Assembly (NCBI RefSeq): GCF_963921235.1
Contig: NC_086097.1
Location: 120,282,001 to 120,346,000 of the forward strand
Length of the DNA stretch: 64,000 nucleotides
Reading direction: 5' to 3'
Source of the DNA: Mobula hypostoma
Lineage: Eukaryota
Below are positions 1 through 12,208 of the stretch, piece by piece. The notes below the pieces were generated by a model. It made no database searches and was not told the DNA's origin. It saw only the letters and a program-made list of their open reading frames with translations. Position 1 is the stretch's first letter, and each line of letters starts with the position of its first letter. Both the position numbers and the translations under genes were made by a program.

Positions 1-229
1 ATGTCCGTGTGGCAAATAGAGCTAATCTTTTCTTTTGAAGGAAGAGTTGTGTAGAGTGGACCGAGAAAACAGGGAAAGGTCAGTAGGTAAAAAATAGCAT
101 ATATTAAAGCAGCTGTTTAATGATCCTCAGCAGAAATTTATCCCAATTAGAAAGATGGGACTCAATAAGAAAAACAAAGCATTAGGTTTAACAAATAATG
201 CCGAGGGAAGTATTGAATCAAATCAAATC

Positions 230-545
230 AAAATGAATGCATACAAAGAAGCAAAATCCAGTGGTGGGCTGGAAGTGTGGGATTTTTTTCATAAGTAGCA
301 GCAAGAGACTGAAAATCTAATAAGGCAGCAGAATATTGATTGTAAAAGAAAACTTTAAGTAATTACAAAACAAACAGTGGGAGTTTGTGTGAATATATAA
401 AAATGAAGAGAGTAGCTATGGTAAGCATGGGATCCCTACAGGGTGAGAACGAGGAATTAATAAGCAAGAAAATAGTAGATAATTTAAATGAATACTTTAG
501 ATCAATCGGCACAGTGTAGGACACTGCAAATATGAAAAAGGTAAG
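230..545 (+). mobile_element. Highly decayed CR1 LINE ORF2 fragment (endonuclease-RT linker)
   Basis: Degenerate similarity to the CR1 segment encoding 'GEFIMGNKEMADELNRYFGSVFT' seen at 5370-5440. Confidence 0.5.
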
Positions 546-552
546 AAATATA

Positions 553-2270
553 AAAACATAGAAAACCAACAGCACAATACAGGCCCTTCAGCCCACAATG
601 CTGTGCCAAACATGTACTTACCTTAGAAATTAGGTAAGGTTAACCATAGCTCTTTATTTTTCTAAGCTCCATGTACCTATCCAGGAGTCTCTCAAAAGAC
701 CCTATTGCATCCGCCTCCACTACCATCACCGGCAGCCTATTCCACGCACTCACCAATTTCTGCGTAAAAAAAACTTACCCCTGGCGTCTCCTCTGTATCT
801 ACTTCCAATCACCTTAATACTGTGTCCTCCCGTGATAACCATTTCAGCCCTGGGCCTCTGACTATCCACATGATCAATGCCTCTCATTATCTTGTACACC
901 TCTATCAGGTCACATCTCATCCTCTGTAGATACAAGGAGATAAGGCCAAGTTCACTCAACCTATTTTCATAAGACATGCTCCCCAATCCAGGCAACATCC
1001 TTGTAAATCTCCTCTGCATCCTTTCAATAGTTTCTACACCCTTACCGTAGTGAGGTGCAGGGGTGCAGTGCTAATTTTTTAGGTGCCGGAGATGACAAAT
1101 TCAAAATCAAAAGCCACTTCCTATATCCTCTCTATATATATGTCATACCCAATTTGTGTACCAGCCGTGATACGGCTCAGGATTCCACTGAACTAGAGGA
1201 GGTCCGTGTAGGTTAACAAACATAAGTGATGATACATGCTCTATGAGAATTCTTGAGCGTGTTGTTATTATCCAGTTCTAGTGACTGAATCCTCTCTCAC
1301 ACTCATCAGAACTAATAGGAATAACTTGTGAACAGCTGAGTAATGGGCATATATCTTGGGGGATGCGGCGTCCACGATCCGCCACATAATCTCTGAAGGC
1401 ATTTATTGCAGAGGAAGAAGAAAGCTGAAACCTCTTACAGAGAGATGATATTGCAGCTTCTTCATAATTAGGTGGTATTTCAGCAGGCCAGTTATTTTTA
1501 TCAAGGACACACATTTCATTTAGCAGGGATTTATACATACTTTGAGGTTTAGAAGTTTGAGAATCTTTCAAAGATGTTGCCGTGAACATACAGTGCTGCA
1601 AATTGTTTATAAGACTAGTAAGAAATTGTAGATAAAGGTTACAGCTCCAGGATTTCACCAAAAACAATCAAAAATCCTAATGTAATTAGTGGTATTTTCC
1701 CCACCAGCCACCATCCCCTATCCCCAACCCCCACTTCTGTAAAATTCCCTTTATTTAATATGTGGCCGCTGTTAAATTCCCCGCTTGTTTATTTTGACTT
1801 TTTTTTACAGTGGTGCCGGTGCAGTGCTCCGGTGAGCTCAGGCAGCACTGCACCCCTGGTGAGGTGACCAGATCCAAGCACAGTACACCAAGTGGGGTCT
1901 GACCAGGGTCCTTTATAGCTGCAACATTATCTCTCAGCTCCTAAACTCAATCACACAATTAGTGAAGGCCAATGCACCATTTGTTTTCTTAACCACAGAG
2001 TCAACCTGCACAGTAGCTTTGAGTGTCCTATGGACTTGGACCTTAAGATCTCTCTGATACTCCACACTGCCAAGAGTCTTACCATTAACGCTATATTCTG
2101 CCATCATATTTGACCTACCAAAATGAACCACTTCACACTTATCTGGGTTAAACTCCATCTGCCACTTGTCAGCCCAGTTTGCATCCTATCGATGTTCTGC
2201 TGTAACCTCTGACAGCCCTCCACACGATCCACAACACCCCCAACCTTTTTGTCATTAGCAAATTTACTAA
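553..2270 (-). mobile_element. 5'-truncated CR1 LINE (3' part of ORF2 plus tail), split by a hAT insertion
   Basis: Minus ORFs 750-1019 (QRRFTRMLPGL..DLIEVYKIMRG), 1934-2158 (MEFNPDKCEVVHFG) and part of 2104-2409 (KFANDKKVGGVV); CR1 tail 'aacatagaaa..cagcacaatacaggccc' near 555. Confidence 0.9.
1058..1858 (-). mobile_element. Non-autonomous hAT DNA transposon (internal deletion derivative)
   Basis: Perfect 15-bp TIR caggggtgcagtgct (1058-1072) / agcactgcacccctg (1844-1858); 8-bp TSD gtgaggtg (1050-1057, 1859-1866); minus ORF 1278-1667 ends in the hAT dimerisation motif VIPISSDECERGFS. Confidence 0.93.
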
Positions 2271-2400
2271 CCTTTTCGCAAAATTGCTTGGAGTGTTCTT
2301 TTGTCTTCATGATGCAGTTTTTGCCAGGATACTGACTCTCCAGCAGTTGGACCTCTATCAGATATTTTTTTAGCTTCAAACAGCATGTAGGTACCTGAAT
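2268..2400 (-). mobile_element. Tc1-like transposon 5' fragment
   Basis: Minus strand reads MKTKEHSKQFCEKV, resembling the N-terminus of fish/amphibian Tc1 transposases; abuts the truncated CR1 5' end. Confidence 0.55.
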
Positions 2401-2414
2401 CAATCCCATTCATG

Positions 2415-2598
2415 AGGAACCAGAGATAAGGTACTCAATTTCTCACTTATCACACTGATTAAAGTGTCGAGGAAAATTGAAATCAATGAGAATGAGAGTG
2501 GAAGGCAGGCGGGTGTTCAGTGAGGTCTACCTGTGTGTGATCAGTCGACTCTCATCCCTTTGCCTGCTGCTCCTGGAAGAAAGTTCCTATGTTCAACT

Positions 2599-2662
<64 letters not shown>

Positions 2663-3127
2663 CCCTCTCGCTCAATGTCGCCAGAGGAGGGTGCGGGTGT
2701 CTTCGATCTTGTTGAAGGTTTAATCGATGCAGTTTGTTCATTGGAATCAGTAGTTCATGTTATGATGTGTTTCTGGTTTCAGGTCACACCTTTTTTTTGT
2801 TGTTATTTTGTGTGATTTTGATCGGGGAGGACTGGATCTGTGGCCTACAGCCAATGAACGATACAGCTCTAGAACTGAACTGAGCTGAACTGAATATGCC
2901 CAGACTGTTTTGATGACTTTGTGGTTTGGTGTTTTATATTCTGTGTTTATCACTCTTTTTTTGCCATTTGTATGATTTGTTCTTTTTCTGCACATGGGGG
3001 ATTTGATGTTTTTCTTTGAATGAGTTCCATGGTTTTCTTTGTTTTGTGACTGTCTGTGGGGAAGACAAATCTCAGGGTTCTATACTGAATACATACTTTG
3101 ATAATGAATGTACTTTGAATCTTTGAA
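2415..3127 (+). mobile_element. Non-coding SINE-like element with a Rex1/Babar-type 3' tail
   Basis: Homologous to 23800-24630 (gattaaagt..gaaatcaa..gtggaa..gggtgttcag; gaactgaactga); ends aatctcagggtt..actttgaatctttgaa. Confidence 0.6.
2601..2661. repeat. (CT)n microsatellite
   Basis: Direct dinucleotide run. Confidence 0.98.
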
Positions 3128-3844
3128 CAGGAAAACTAATGGGATTAAAGTTACCAGAACTCATCGGCTTTGATCTATGTGGTTTAGGTAAGTGGATGTA
3201 TAGGCAGTATAGCATTGGTTAAAATGTATCAAAGCTGATGAATTCTAGTCCACAAATAGATAAGAAATCCACAAATATGATTCCCTTGTTCGATAAAAAC
3301 AGAATGCAAAAAGCAGGAAATTCTAAATAGGGTAGCTTCAATTACGCTATCAGATGGATTGTTGACCCTATTACTGCCATAGAGTATCATCTGATGTGTC
3401 AAATGAAAGACTCCAAAACAAGGTTTAGTATAAATTAATATTTATTAGCACTTGGTTACTTAAAAAAAGCATGCAAACCACTTACTTATTACTTGTGAAT
3501 GAAATCACAGGACTCGCGGATAGGACTTAAATAATTCCTGTTTGATATTTAACTGGCCACGTTCAATCCAGCAGGTCATTTTCTCTAAGTGCCAAACTCA
3601 GGGCCCTGCTTCTTATGATTATTGTTCTCAGTCTTTTGTACAAATATCTAAAAAAACTCTTCTTCTATGTTCAATCTTCCTGAACCTTTTCTTTGTTCTT
3701 AACCCAGTCCAGGAGCTCACAGCTCTGAAGTCAATCAGTCAAGCTGTCATTCATTCCAGGGCAGAACAACAAGATACATTTAATTCCTTTCCTTTTCTCT
3801 ATCCTCATAATAGGCCTAGGCCTATAGCATGTCACCTAAAACTA

Positions 3845-4385
3845 TGACAAATTTCTATAGGCACAAGTGAAGAGTATTCTGACTGGTTGCAAACCAACCT
3901 GATATGGAAACATCAAAGCCCAGGAATGGAATAGTCTACAGAAGGTGGTGCATACAACCCAGTCCATCAGAGGCAAAGTCCTCCCCACCAGTGCGCACAT
4001 CTTCAAGAAACATTGCCACAAAAAAAGCAGCATCCATCATCAAGGACCTCCACCATCCAGGCCATTGAGTAGGAGGTACAAGAGCCTGAGGTCCCACACC
4101 ACCAGATTTAGGAACTGTTATTACCCTACAACCATCAGGCTCTTGATCCGGCATGGATAATTCCACTTGCCTCAACTCTGAATTAATTCTACAACCTACA
4201 GACTCACTTTTCAGAACTTCACAACTCATATTCTCAGTATTATGCATATTTTATTTGCACAATTTGTCTTCCTTTGCACGTTGGATGTTTGCCAGTCTTG
4301 GTTTATGTTTAGTTTTAATAGGTTTTCTTATATTTCTTGTAAAAGCTTGCAAGAAAATAAATCTCAAGGTAATATATGGTGTGTG
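3845..4385 (+). mobile_element. Rex1/Babar LINE 3' fragment
   Basis: gagtattctgactggttgc..., aggaggtacaagagcctgagg..cacaccaccagatttaggaac, and tail aatctcaaggtaatatatggtg; matches the Rex1 copies at 49980-50550 and 53960-54300. Confidence 0.8.
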
Positions 4386-4393
4386 CTTGTGGA

Positions 4394-4397
4394 TATG

Positions 4398-4429
<32 letters not shown>

Positions 4430-4452
4430 TACACATTTATATATATATATAT
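4394..4452. repeat. (TA)n/(CA)n compound microsatellite
   Basis: Direct sequence. Confidence 0.95.
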
Positions 4453-5000
4453 AAAAATAAGTCCTCAAACATCCTCATTTACCTATTCTTCTCTCTGCAT
4501 GGTTCAGAGTGGAATAATATACAGTGACATAGTTCACAGGGCTTTTTCAGCACAATCTACTTACTCACTTTGATTCTGACCAAGCGTAGATTTCATGACT
4601 TTTCTTCATTGTGTTCTTTTTTATATAGTTCCCAGCACCTCTTTCCAGTCAGCCTGTTCTCTCAAAGGGGCACATAACATCTTATCTCCAGCTATGGGAT
4701 ATAACAAAGGATGGAAAAATAGTTAATCATCTGAAAAACTCAATCCAAACAAACCAATTCAAAATGTTTTTTGAGACTTACAGTCTTAGGAAGACGCAGC
4801 ACTGAAACAGGCCCATCCATCCAACAAGTCCATGCCAAATGTGATGCCCATCTATGTTTATCCTGTATGCTTGCATTAGGCCTGTAGCACTCTAACTTCC
4901 CTATTTAAATACCTGCGCACATGACTTTTAAACATTGTAATTGTTTCTGCCTTAACAATCTCATCTGGCAGCACATTCCACATAGCAACTATCTGCTGTG

Positions 5001-7131
5001 TGAGTTTGTGGAGTCCCTCCGAGATGGATTCTTAGAACAGCTTGTACTGAAGCCCACCAGAGAGAATACAATTCTGGATTTAGTGTTGTGCAATGAACTG
5101 GATTTGATCAGGGACCTCGAGGTAAAGGAGCCATTAGGAGGTAGTGACCATAATATGATGTTTTAATCTACAATTTGAGAGGCAGAAGGGAAACTCGGAA
5201 GTGTCAGTATTACAGTTGAACAAAGGTAACTAAAAAGGCAATACGCTGAGAAAATGAGGTACGAAGGTAAACTAGCCAAGAATACAAAGGAGGATAGTAA
5301 AAGCTTCTTTAGGTATATGAAAAGGAAAAAAAAAATAGTTAAGACCAAAATTGGGCCCTTGAAGACAGAAGCGGGTGAATTTATTATGGGGAACAAGGAA
5401 ATGGCAGACGAGTTGAACAGGTACTTTGGATCTGTCTTTACCAGGGAAGACACAAACAATCTCCCTCATATTGTAGTGGCCAAAGGACCTAGGGTAATGA
5501 ATGAACTGAGGGAAATTTATATTAGGCAGGAAATGGTGTTGGATAGGCTGTTGGGTCTGAAGGCTGATAAGTCCCTGGGACCTAATGGTCTGCATCTCAG
5601 GGTACTTAAGGAGGTGGCTTTAGAAATCGTGGACGCATTGGTAATCATTTTCCAATGTTCTATAGATTCAGGATCAGTTCCTGTGGACTGGAGGGTGGCT
5701 AATGTTGTCCCTCTCTTCAAGAAGGGAGGAAGAGAGAAAACAGGGAATTATAGACCGGATAGCCTGACGTCAGTGGTAGGAAAGATGCTGGAGTCAATTA
5801 TAAAAGATGAAATTACGACACATTTGGATAGCAGTAACAGGATCGGTCCAAGTCAGCATGGATTTACGAAGGGGAAATCATGCTTGACTAACCTTCTGGA
5901 ATTTTTTGAGGATGTAACCATGAAAATGGACAAGGGAGAGCCAGTGGATGCAGTGTACCTGGACTTTCAGAAAGCCTTTGATAAAATCCCACATAGGAGA
6001 TTAGTGGGCAAAATTAGGGCACATGGTATTGGGGGCAGAGTACTGACATGGACTGAAAATTGGCTGGCTGACAGAAAACAAAGAGTAGCGACCAGTGGGG
6101 TACCGCAGGCTTCAGTGCTGGGACCGCAGCTGTTTACAACATATATTAATGATTTAGATGAGTAAATTAAAAGTAACATTAGCAAATTTGCGGATGACAC
6201 AAAGCTGGGTGGCAGTGTGAAATGTGAGGAGGAAGTTATGAGAATGCAGGGTGACTTGGACAGGCTGGGTGAGTGGGCAGACACATGGAAGACGCAGTTT
6301 AATGTGGATAAATGTGAGGTTATCCACTTTGGTGGTAAGAACAGGAAGGCAGATTATTATCTAAATGGAGGCAAATTAGGAAAAGGGGAAGTACAACGAG
6401 ATCTAGGTGTTCTTGTACATCAGTAACTGAAAGCAAGCACGCAAGTACAGCAGGCAGTGAAGAAAGCTAATGGCATGCTGGCCTTCATAATAAGGGGAAT
6501 TAAGTATAAGAGCAGACAGGTCCTTCTGCAGCTGTACAGGGCCCTGCTGAGACCACACCTGGAGTACTGTGTGCAGTTTTGGTCTCCAAATTTGAGGAAG
6601 GACATTCTTGCTATTGAGGGATTGCAGCATAGGCTCACAAGGTTAATTCCCGGGATGGTGAGACTGTCATACCTTGAAAGATTGGAACGACTGGGCTTGT
6701 AGACTCTGGAATTTAGAAGGCTGAGAGGGGATCTTATTGAAACGTATAAGATTATTAAGGGATTGGACACACTGGAAGCAGGAAGCATGTTCCCGCTGAT
6801 GGATGAGTCCAGAACCAGAATAAGGATAAGTTTAAGAATAAGGGCTAGGCCATTTAGAACGGAGTTGAGGAAAAAGTTTTTCACCCAGAGAGTGGTGGAT
6901 ATATGAAATGCTCTGCCCCAGAAGGCTGTGGAGGCCAAGTCTCTGGATGCTTTCAAGAAAGAGATGGATAGAGCTCTTAAAGATAGCGGAATCAAAGGTT
7001 ATAAGGACAAAGCAGGAACTGGATACTGATTGTGGATGATCAGCCATGATCACAGTGAATGGCGGTGCTGGCTCGAAGTGCTGAATGGCCTACTCCTGCA
7101 CCTATTGTCTATTGTCTATTGTCTATTGTCT
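5001..7131 (+). mobile_element. 5'-truncated CR1 LINE with internal deletions
   Basis: End of APE domain (PLGGSDHNM), RT ORF 5254-6165, later pieces 6217-6426 and 6457-6702, and 3' tail ggcctactcctgcacct(attgtct)n. Confidence 0.95.
5254..6165 (+). pseudogene. CR1 ORF2 reverse transcriptase fragment
   Basis: Motifs NYRP.SLTSVVGK, QHGFTKGKSCLTNL, YLDFQKAFD, GVPQ.SVLGP; stop just before the FADD motif. Confidence 0.93.
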
Positions 7132-7639
7132 AAACTTGCTCCTCAGGTCCCGTTTAAATCTCCCCCTCTCCTCTCAAGCCTATTCCAGCTGGTTTTAAAA
7201 ACAAGATATTCAGCACATATTGCAAATTAAGAGTAATACACACAAAGTGCTGGAAGAACTCATCAGGTCAGGCAACAGCTATGAAGAGGAATAAAGAGTT
7301 GATAGTTCTGGCCCAAACCTTTTACCTGAACCCTCCAATTTTAGACTCCGCTACCTCGGGTAAAAAGGCACAATTGATATTTTGTTTTAATACTCCTTAA
7401 AGCCTTATAAATCTCTATGTCACCCTTCAGAACTCTGTACTCCAGTGAATATAGCACTCTATCCCATATCTCCTTTTGACTAAAGCACTCCATTCCAAGC
7501 AACATTTATGAAAGGAATTCATTTTTGACCATTTAGCATGAATTTGCTTAGCGTATAACAAGTAGAGACATAAGAAGGAAAACTCCTTAATATACACACA
7601 GTGGCTGCTTTATTAGGTACACCCCAGACATTTCCAAAT

Positions 7640-7742
7640 GGTTATATGCTAACGATGGAGCAATGTGGAAGGGAGAAAGGAATATAACGCATATAGTTAG
7701 GAAAATGCAGACAAAAATTGATGAAATAAAAGAATGGTGACA

Positions 7743-7790
<48 letters not shown>

Positions 7791-9230
7791 GGGGGTGGTT
7801 AAATGTTCCACTGCAAAGACTCCAGTTATTTATTTTGCTAAAAGGAACGTTCCCCCTACAGTTGATCTCATGTGTTATGATAAACCTCTTAAACAAGTCA
7901 GTTTCTAGATATATGGATGTACCTAAGACTACCTGCAAAGAGCATGGGAATAAAATTATAGAGGAGCATAAAAAATGCCTTTAATGTGCTCAGGTGCTAG
8001 GTTGGGTACGATTGGGGTGCAAATAGGAGGTCACTTAAACAAATGTATTATTGCTTTAATCAGATAATGGATGTGATGGTTTTCGGTCAGCCTCACTAGT
8101 GGTCTTAAAGCCCCTAAATATAGTTCAAGCTCAAGCATTGAGATTATGTTCTGGTGCTATTAAATCATCCCCAATTTAGGCAATACTGGTAGAAATGGGT
8201 GAAGTACCTTTACATCAGTGTAGATTACAGTTAGCAATGGTTTATTGGGTTAGTGTAGGAGGACATAAAGTTAGTAATCCCATATTGGCAACATTAGTAG
8301 AGTGTTGGGAACACTGCATTCATAATGGCTTCTGTTTTGGGTGGATGGGAAATGAACGAGCACAAATTCTTGGGCTGTTTAATGTGGATATGGTACCCCC
8401 TTCTGCCATTCCTCCATGGTTTTTCCCTTTGCTTGGGTTTGATTTAGCTTTCAAGAAAAGATCAGGAAGTTCAGCAATATATGCAAGGCAGATATTATGG
8501 CTTCTTACATATCTATACAGATGGTTCAAAAGATCCAGTGGCAGGTCATTCAGGTGTTTCTGTTTACGTTCGCAAGTTTCACGTGACTATTGAAAAAAGA
8601 TTATCAGACAAAGTATCAATATTCACGTCTGAGATAGTTGCTATCATTTTAGCCCTGGAATAGTTCAAAACAAGTACATCCTGAATATGCATTTCTATGC
8701 TCTGATTTGTTCTCATTTTGACATTTATTAAAACAGGTATTTCAAATTGTAGGCCAGGCGTTCTTCTTGAAATTGGACAATATCTATTAAGGCGGCAGGG
8801 TATAGGTTTGTGGTGTATATATTTCTTATGGGTCCTTGCTGATGCTAGGGTTGAAGGCAACGAGGTGGCAGAATTTTTAGCCAGGCAATCACTTAAAATT
8901 TATGATGTAGATGTAGCGGTGCCTTTGCATAAAAGGGAGGTGAAAGCCATAATCTATTCGATCACTATGGCAGCAATCTTGGGAAAAGATAAAGTAAGGA
9001 CAGCATTTATATAAAATTCAGAGGATGGTGGGACCTCAGCTGGGAGATGGTTATAAAAGGAGGGAAGAATTTATATTTACACATTTATGTATTGGATATA
9101 CAAGGTTGAATTAATATACATGATACAAGGGAGTACACTTGTCAAGAAACAGTTCAGGATATATTGTTTGAATACAGTTCCCATGAGGTCCAAAGGAAAC
9201 ATCGAATTGCTAAGTTGAGATGTTTGGGGC
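7640..9230 (+). mobile_element. Decayed RNase H-bearing LINE (I/Nimb-like)
   Basis: CSGAIKSSP..VEMGEVPL (8145-8215); RNase H motifs IYTDGSK, SIFTSEIVAI (8481-8663) and FLWV.A...VEGNEVA (8718-9014); downstream RREE..THL.IGYTRLN. Confidence 0.8.
7746..7788. repeat. (TG)n microsatellite
   Basis: Direct sequence. Confidence 0.98.
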
Positions 9231-9384
9231 AGACACAGTTCTGAGCAAGTTAGCTGAGGAGATCATGAAGGCAGTAGTAATGATCTTCCAAGAATCACTA
9301 GATTCTGGAATGGTTCCAGCGTACTCAAAAATTGAAAATGTCACTCCACTCTTTAAGAAGGAATAGAGGCAGGAAAATAAATAA

Positions 9385-10065
9385 TTCGGAAGGTGTGTAT
9401 CTCGGATGGTTAATGTCTGGGTTGAGTTGGTCTCCAATCTTGGCAAGTTACATGCAAACATTTCATCATTATACGAGGAGACATTATCAGTTGCTAATTG
9501 TGCTGTGTCCTCCAAATGCTTGGCCTTTTCATACTTATCAGTCAGCTGATTGAAGCCAGCCCGTGGGGCAGTGGCATCTGCACTGGACTTTAGGGTAAGT
9601 GGTTCTGGGTTTGAATCTGGCCGCCTCCTTGCATGCTTTCCATCCATGCTGGGTTGACAGTTGAGTTAGCAACTTGGCATCGTAAAAAACTGACAAATGC
9701 TAAAGAAGCAGCAATTGCCACCCTATGTGCCACTAGGCATGGAGACGACCAAAAAAAAAATCAGCTGACTGGTCATCATTATGAAAACTCAATTGTGATA
9801 TAGGGAGGAAATCTCATCACTGATAGGTTGCATGGCAAATTTCATGCATTGTGGTCTGGTATTGGTCATGCCTCTTTACAGGCAGTTGATGTCCATGGAT
9901 AGTTTTATCCCACTTTGGCCAATGCTGTCGTCCCTGCATTGGATTTTCTGGACCAACAGCGATGTTGAGGAGAGCACTTTGCAAACTAAAAGAACAAAAC
10001 AAGCTATTGGACAAGACCAATGTGATCTACAAAATCCAATGTGGGGACACAGAAAATATTACGAC
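9385..10065. mobile_element. Decayed Penelope-like fragment with segments in both orientations
   Basis: Plus 9960-10065 encodes KTNVIYKIQC (GIY-YIG N-terminus); minus 9385-9950 resembles the C-terminus/3' end (ctgataatgtctcc..gatgaaatgtttgca). Confidence 0.5.
9553..9760 (+). mobile_element. tRNA-derived SINE
   Basis: A-box-like gtggggcagtgg, B-box-like ggtttgaatc, A10 tail; TSD tcagctga(t/c)tg at 9542-9552 and 9761-9771. Confidence 0.8.
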
Positions 10066-10702
10066 AGCCAGTTATAGACCAGTTAGCCTGACTTTAGTGG
10101 ATGGGAAGACATTGGAGCCTATTATTAAGGATGAAATTTTGGGGTACTTACAGACACATGATTCTTAAGGAGAAATCCTGTCTGACAAATCTGTTGGATT
10201 TAATTGAGGAAATAACGGGCAGGATGGACAAAGGAGAGCTATCTGAAGTTGCTTACGTGGATTTTCAGAAGGCTTTTGTCAGGGTGCTAAATATGAGGTT
10301 GCTTAACAAAATAGGAGCTCATGATATTGCAGGAAAGGTACCAGTATAGGTAGAAGATTGGCTGACTGGCAGGAGATGAATGGGAAGAAAGGAGTCCTTT
10401 TCTGGTTGGCAGCCAGTGACTTTGGACTGCGTGCTTCACATTATACGTCAATGATTTGGATGACAGAGTCGGTGGCTTTGTGGCCAAGTTTGCAGATAAT
10501 ACAAAAATAGGTGGAGGAGCAGTTCTGAGAAGCAGGCAGTCTGCAGAAGGACATAGACAGATTAAGAGAATGGGCAACGAAGTGGCAGATGGAATACAGT
10601 GCAGGGAACTGTATGGTCATGCACTTTGTTAGAAGCAATAAAGGCATAGATTATATTCTAAATGGGGAAAAAATTCAAAATTCAGAGGTACAAAGGGACT
10701 TG

Positions 10703-11548
10703 ATGTGGATGACACTGTGTTAACTGCAAATGCGGAGGAAGAACTACAAAACTTAAATGATAGTGTTGTTGAAGAAACTGCAAAAATGGGTCTATCTATC
10801 AATTGCAAAAACACAGAATGTATGGTAATATCTAAAAAGAAGGAGAATCCTATCTGCAGGCTGAGAATAAACGGGGAAGACATAAAACAAGTACAGAAAC
10901 CATAGAAACCATAGAAACTACAGCACAGAAACAGGCCTTTTGGCCCTTCTTGGTTGTGCCGAACTTTTGCTACTTAGGAGGCTGGGTAACATGAGATAGC
11001 AGGTGCAACATGGACATCAGAAGAAGAATAGGGATGGCAAAAGACACCTTTACAAGAATGAAGAGTATACTGACCGACATTAAACTAGGCATGACAACCT
11101 GCCTCAGAGCAATGAAATGTTACGTTTATCCAGGTATGTTATGTGACTGAGAATGTTGGACAATATCTAGTAACATGAGGAAATGAATTGAAGAAGCAGA
11201 GATGTGGTTTTTGAGGAGGATGAAAAGAGTATCATGGAAGAAATGAATATCTAATGAGGGTGTCATGAACAGAGCAAGCACAAAAAGAGAAATAATGTAT
11301 GAGATCATGAAAAGGCAACATAACTTCATTGGACATGTGATTACGAAAGAGGAGTTAGAATGCACGGTAATTATGGGAAAGATTGAAGGGAAGAAAGCAA
11401 GAGGAGGACAAAGACAAATGATGATGGAGACAGCAGCTAGGGAACTGGAAATGAGTACCAATGAATTGATCCACTTGACCCGAAACAGGAGTGTGTGGGC
11501 CATGGCGGTCAAAGCTCAAACTGGGCGCGGCATCTGATGATGATGACG
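10703..11548 (+). mobile_element. 5'-truncated RTE-clade LINE
   Basis: DDTVL..EEELQNL..GLSINCKNTECMVI and IMGKIEGKKARG; (tga)n tail; 11-bp TSD aaagggacttg (10692-10702, 11549-11559). Confidence 0.9.
10897..10962 (-). mobile_element. ~65-bp CR1/SINE 3' tail inserted in the RTE
   Basis: (ccatagaaa)2 ctacagcacagaaacaggcc interrupts the RTE reading frame at ..KQVQ|NFCY. Confidence 0.75.
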
Positions 11549-11879
11549 AAAGGGACTTGGGAGTCCTCATGCAAAGCATAATGCTGAGATTTTATAGGGC
11601 ACTACTCAGATTGCCGTTGTAGTATTGTGAGCAGTTTTGGGCCCATTATGTAAGGAAAGATGTGCTGCCATGGGGGAGGGTCCGGAGTTGGTTCACAAAG
11701 ATGATTCCAGGAATGAAAAGGTTATCATATGAGAGTTGTTTGATGGCTCTGAGCCTGTTTATGCTGGAGCTTAGAAGAATAGGGGGAGTCTCTTCAAAAC
11801 CTATTGAATATTGAAAGGAACATACATCAAAGTTGCTGGTGAACGCAGCAGGCCAAGCAGCATCTATAGGAAGAGGCGC

Positions 11880-11915
11880 AGTCGACGTTTCAGGCCGAGA
11901 CCCTTCGTCAGGACT
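11880..11915 (-). ncRNA. Minimal type I hammerhead ribozyme motif (Penelope-associated)
   Basis: Minus strand: agtc-CTGACGA-agg(gtctcgg)cct-GAAAC-GTC-gact, giving stem I agtc/gact, the core, stem II agg/cct and a GUC cleavage triplet. Confidence 0.8.
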
Positions 11916-12208
11916 AACTGAAGGAAGAGTGAGTAAGGGATTTGAAAGCTGGAGGGGGAGGGGGAGATGCAAAATGATAGGAGAAGACAGGAGGGGGAGG
12001 GATAGAGCCGAGAGCTGGACAGGTGATAGGCAAAAGGGGATACGAGAGGATCATGGAACAGGAGGTCCGGGAAGAAAGACGGGGGGGGGTGACCCAGAGG
12101 ATGGGCAAGAGGTATATTCAGAGGGACAGAGGGAGAAAAAGGAGAGTGAGAGAAAGAATGTGTGCATAAAAATGAGTAACAGATGGGGTACGAGGGGGAG
12201 GTGGGGCC

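Larger units (their letters stand above)
4790..7505 (-). mobile_element. Old CR1 3' tail remnant, interrupted by a younger CR1 (~5001-7131) and a Penelope tail (~7236-7325)
   Basis: Pieces 4790-5000, 7131-7190 and 7330-7505 join into a typical reverse-strand CR1 3' end (ctgtgtg|aaacttgctcctcaggtccc..). Confidence 0.6.

Noticed and set aside
2477..2815. ORFs with SLSLSL/ERERER runs
   Set aside because: Produced by the (CT)n microsatellite
6420..6995. Long antisense ORFs over CR1 copies (also 46834-47238 and 32958-33455)
   Set aside because: These are antisense shadows of CR1 ORF2 that recur in each copy, not independent genes
9553..9630. Possible tRNA genes (also near 19790-19845 and 51000-51066)
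   Set aside because: They are tRNA-like heads of SINEs followed by SINE bodies and tails; no complete cloverleaf was seen
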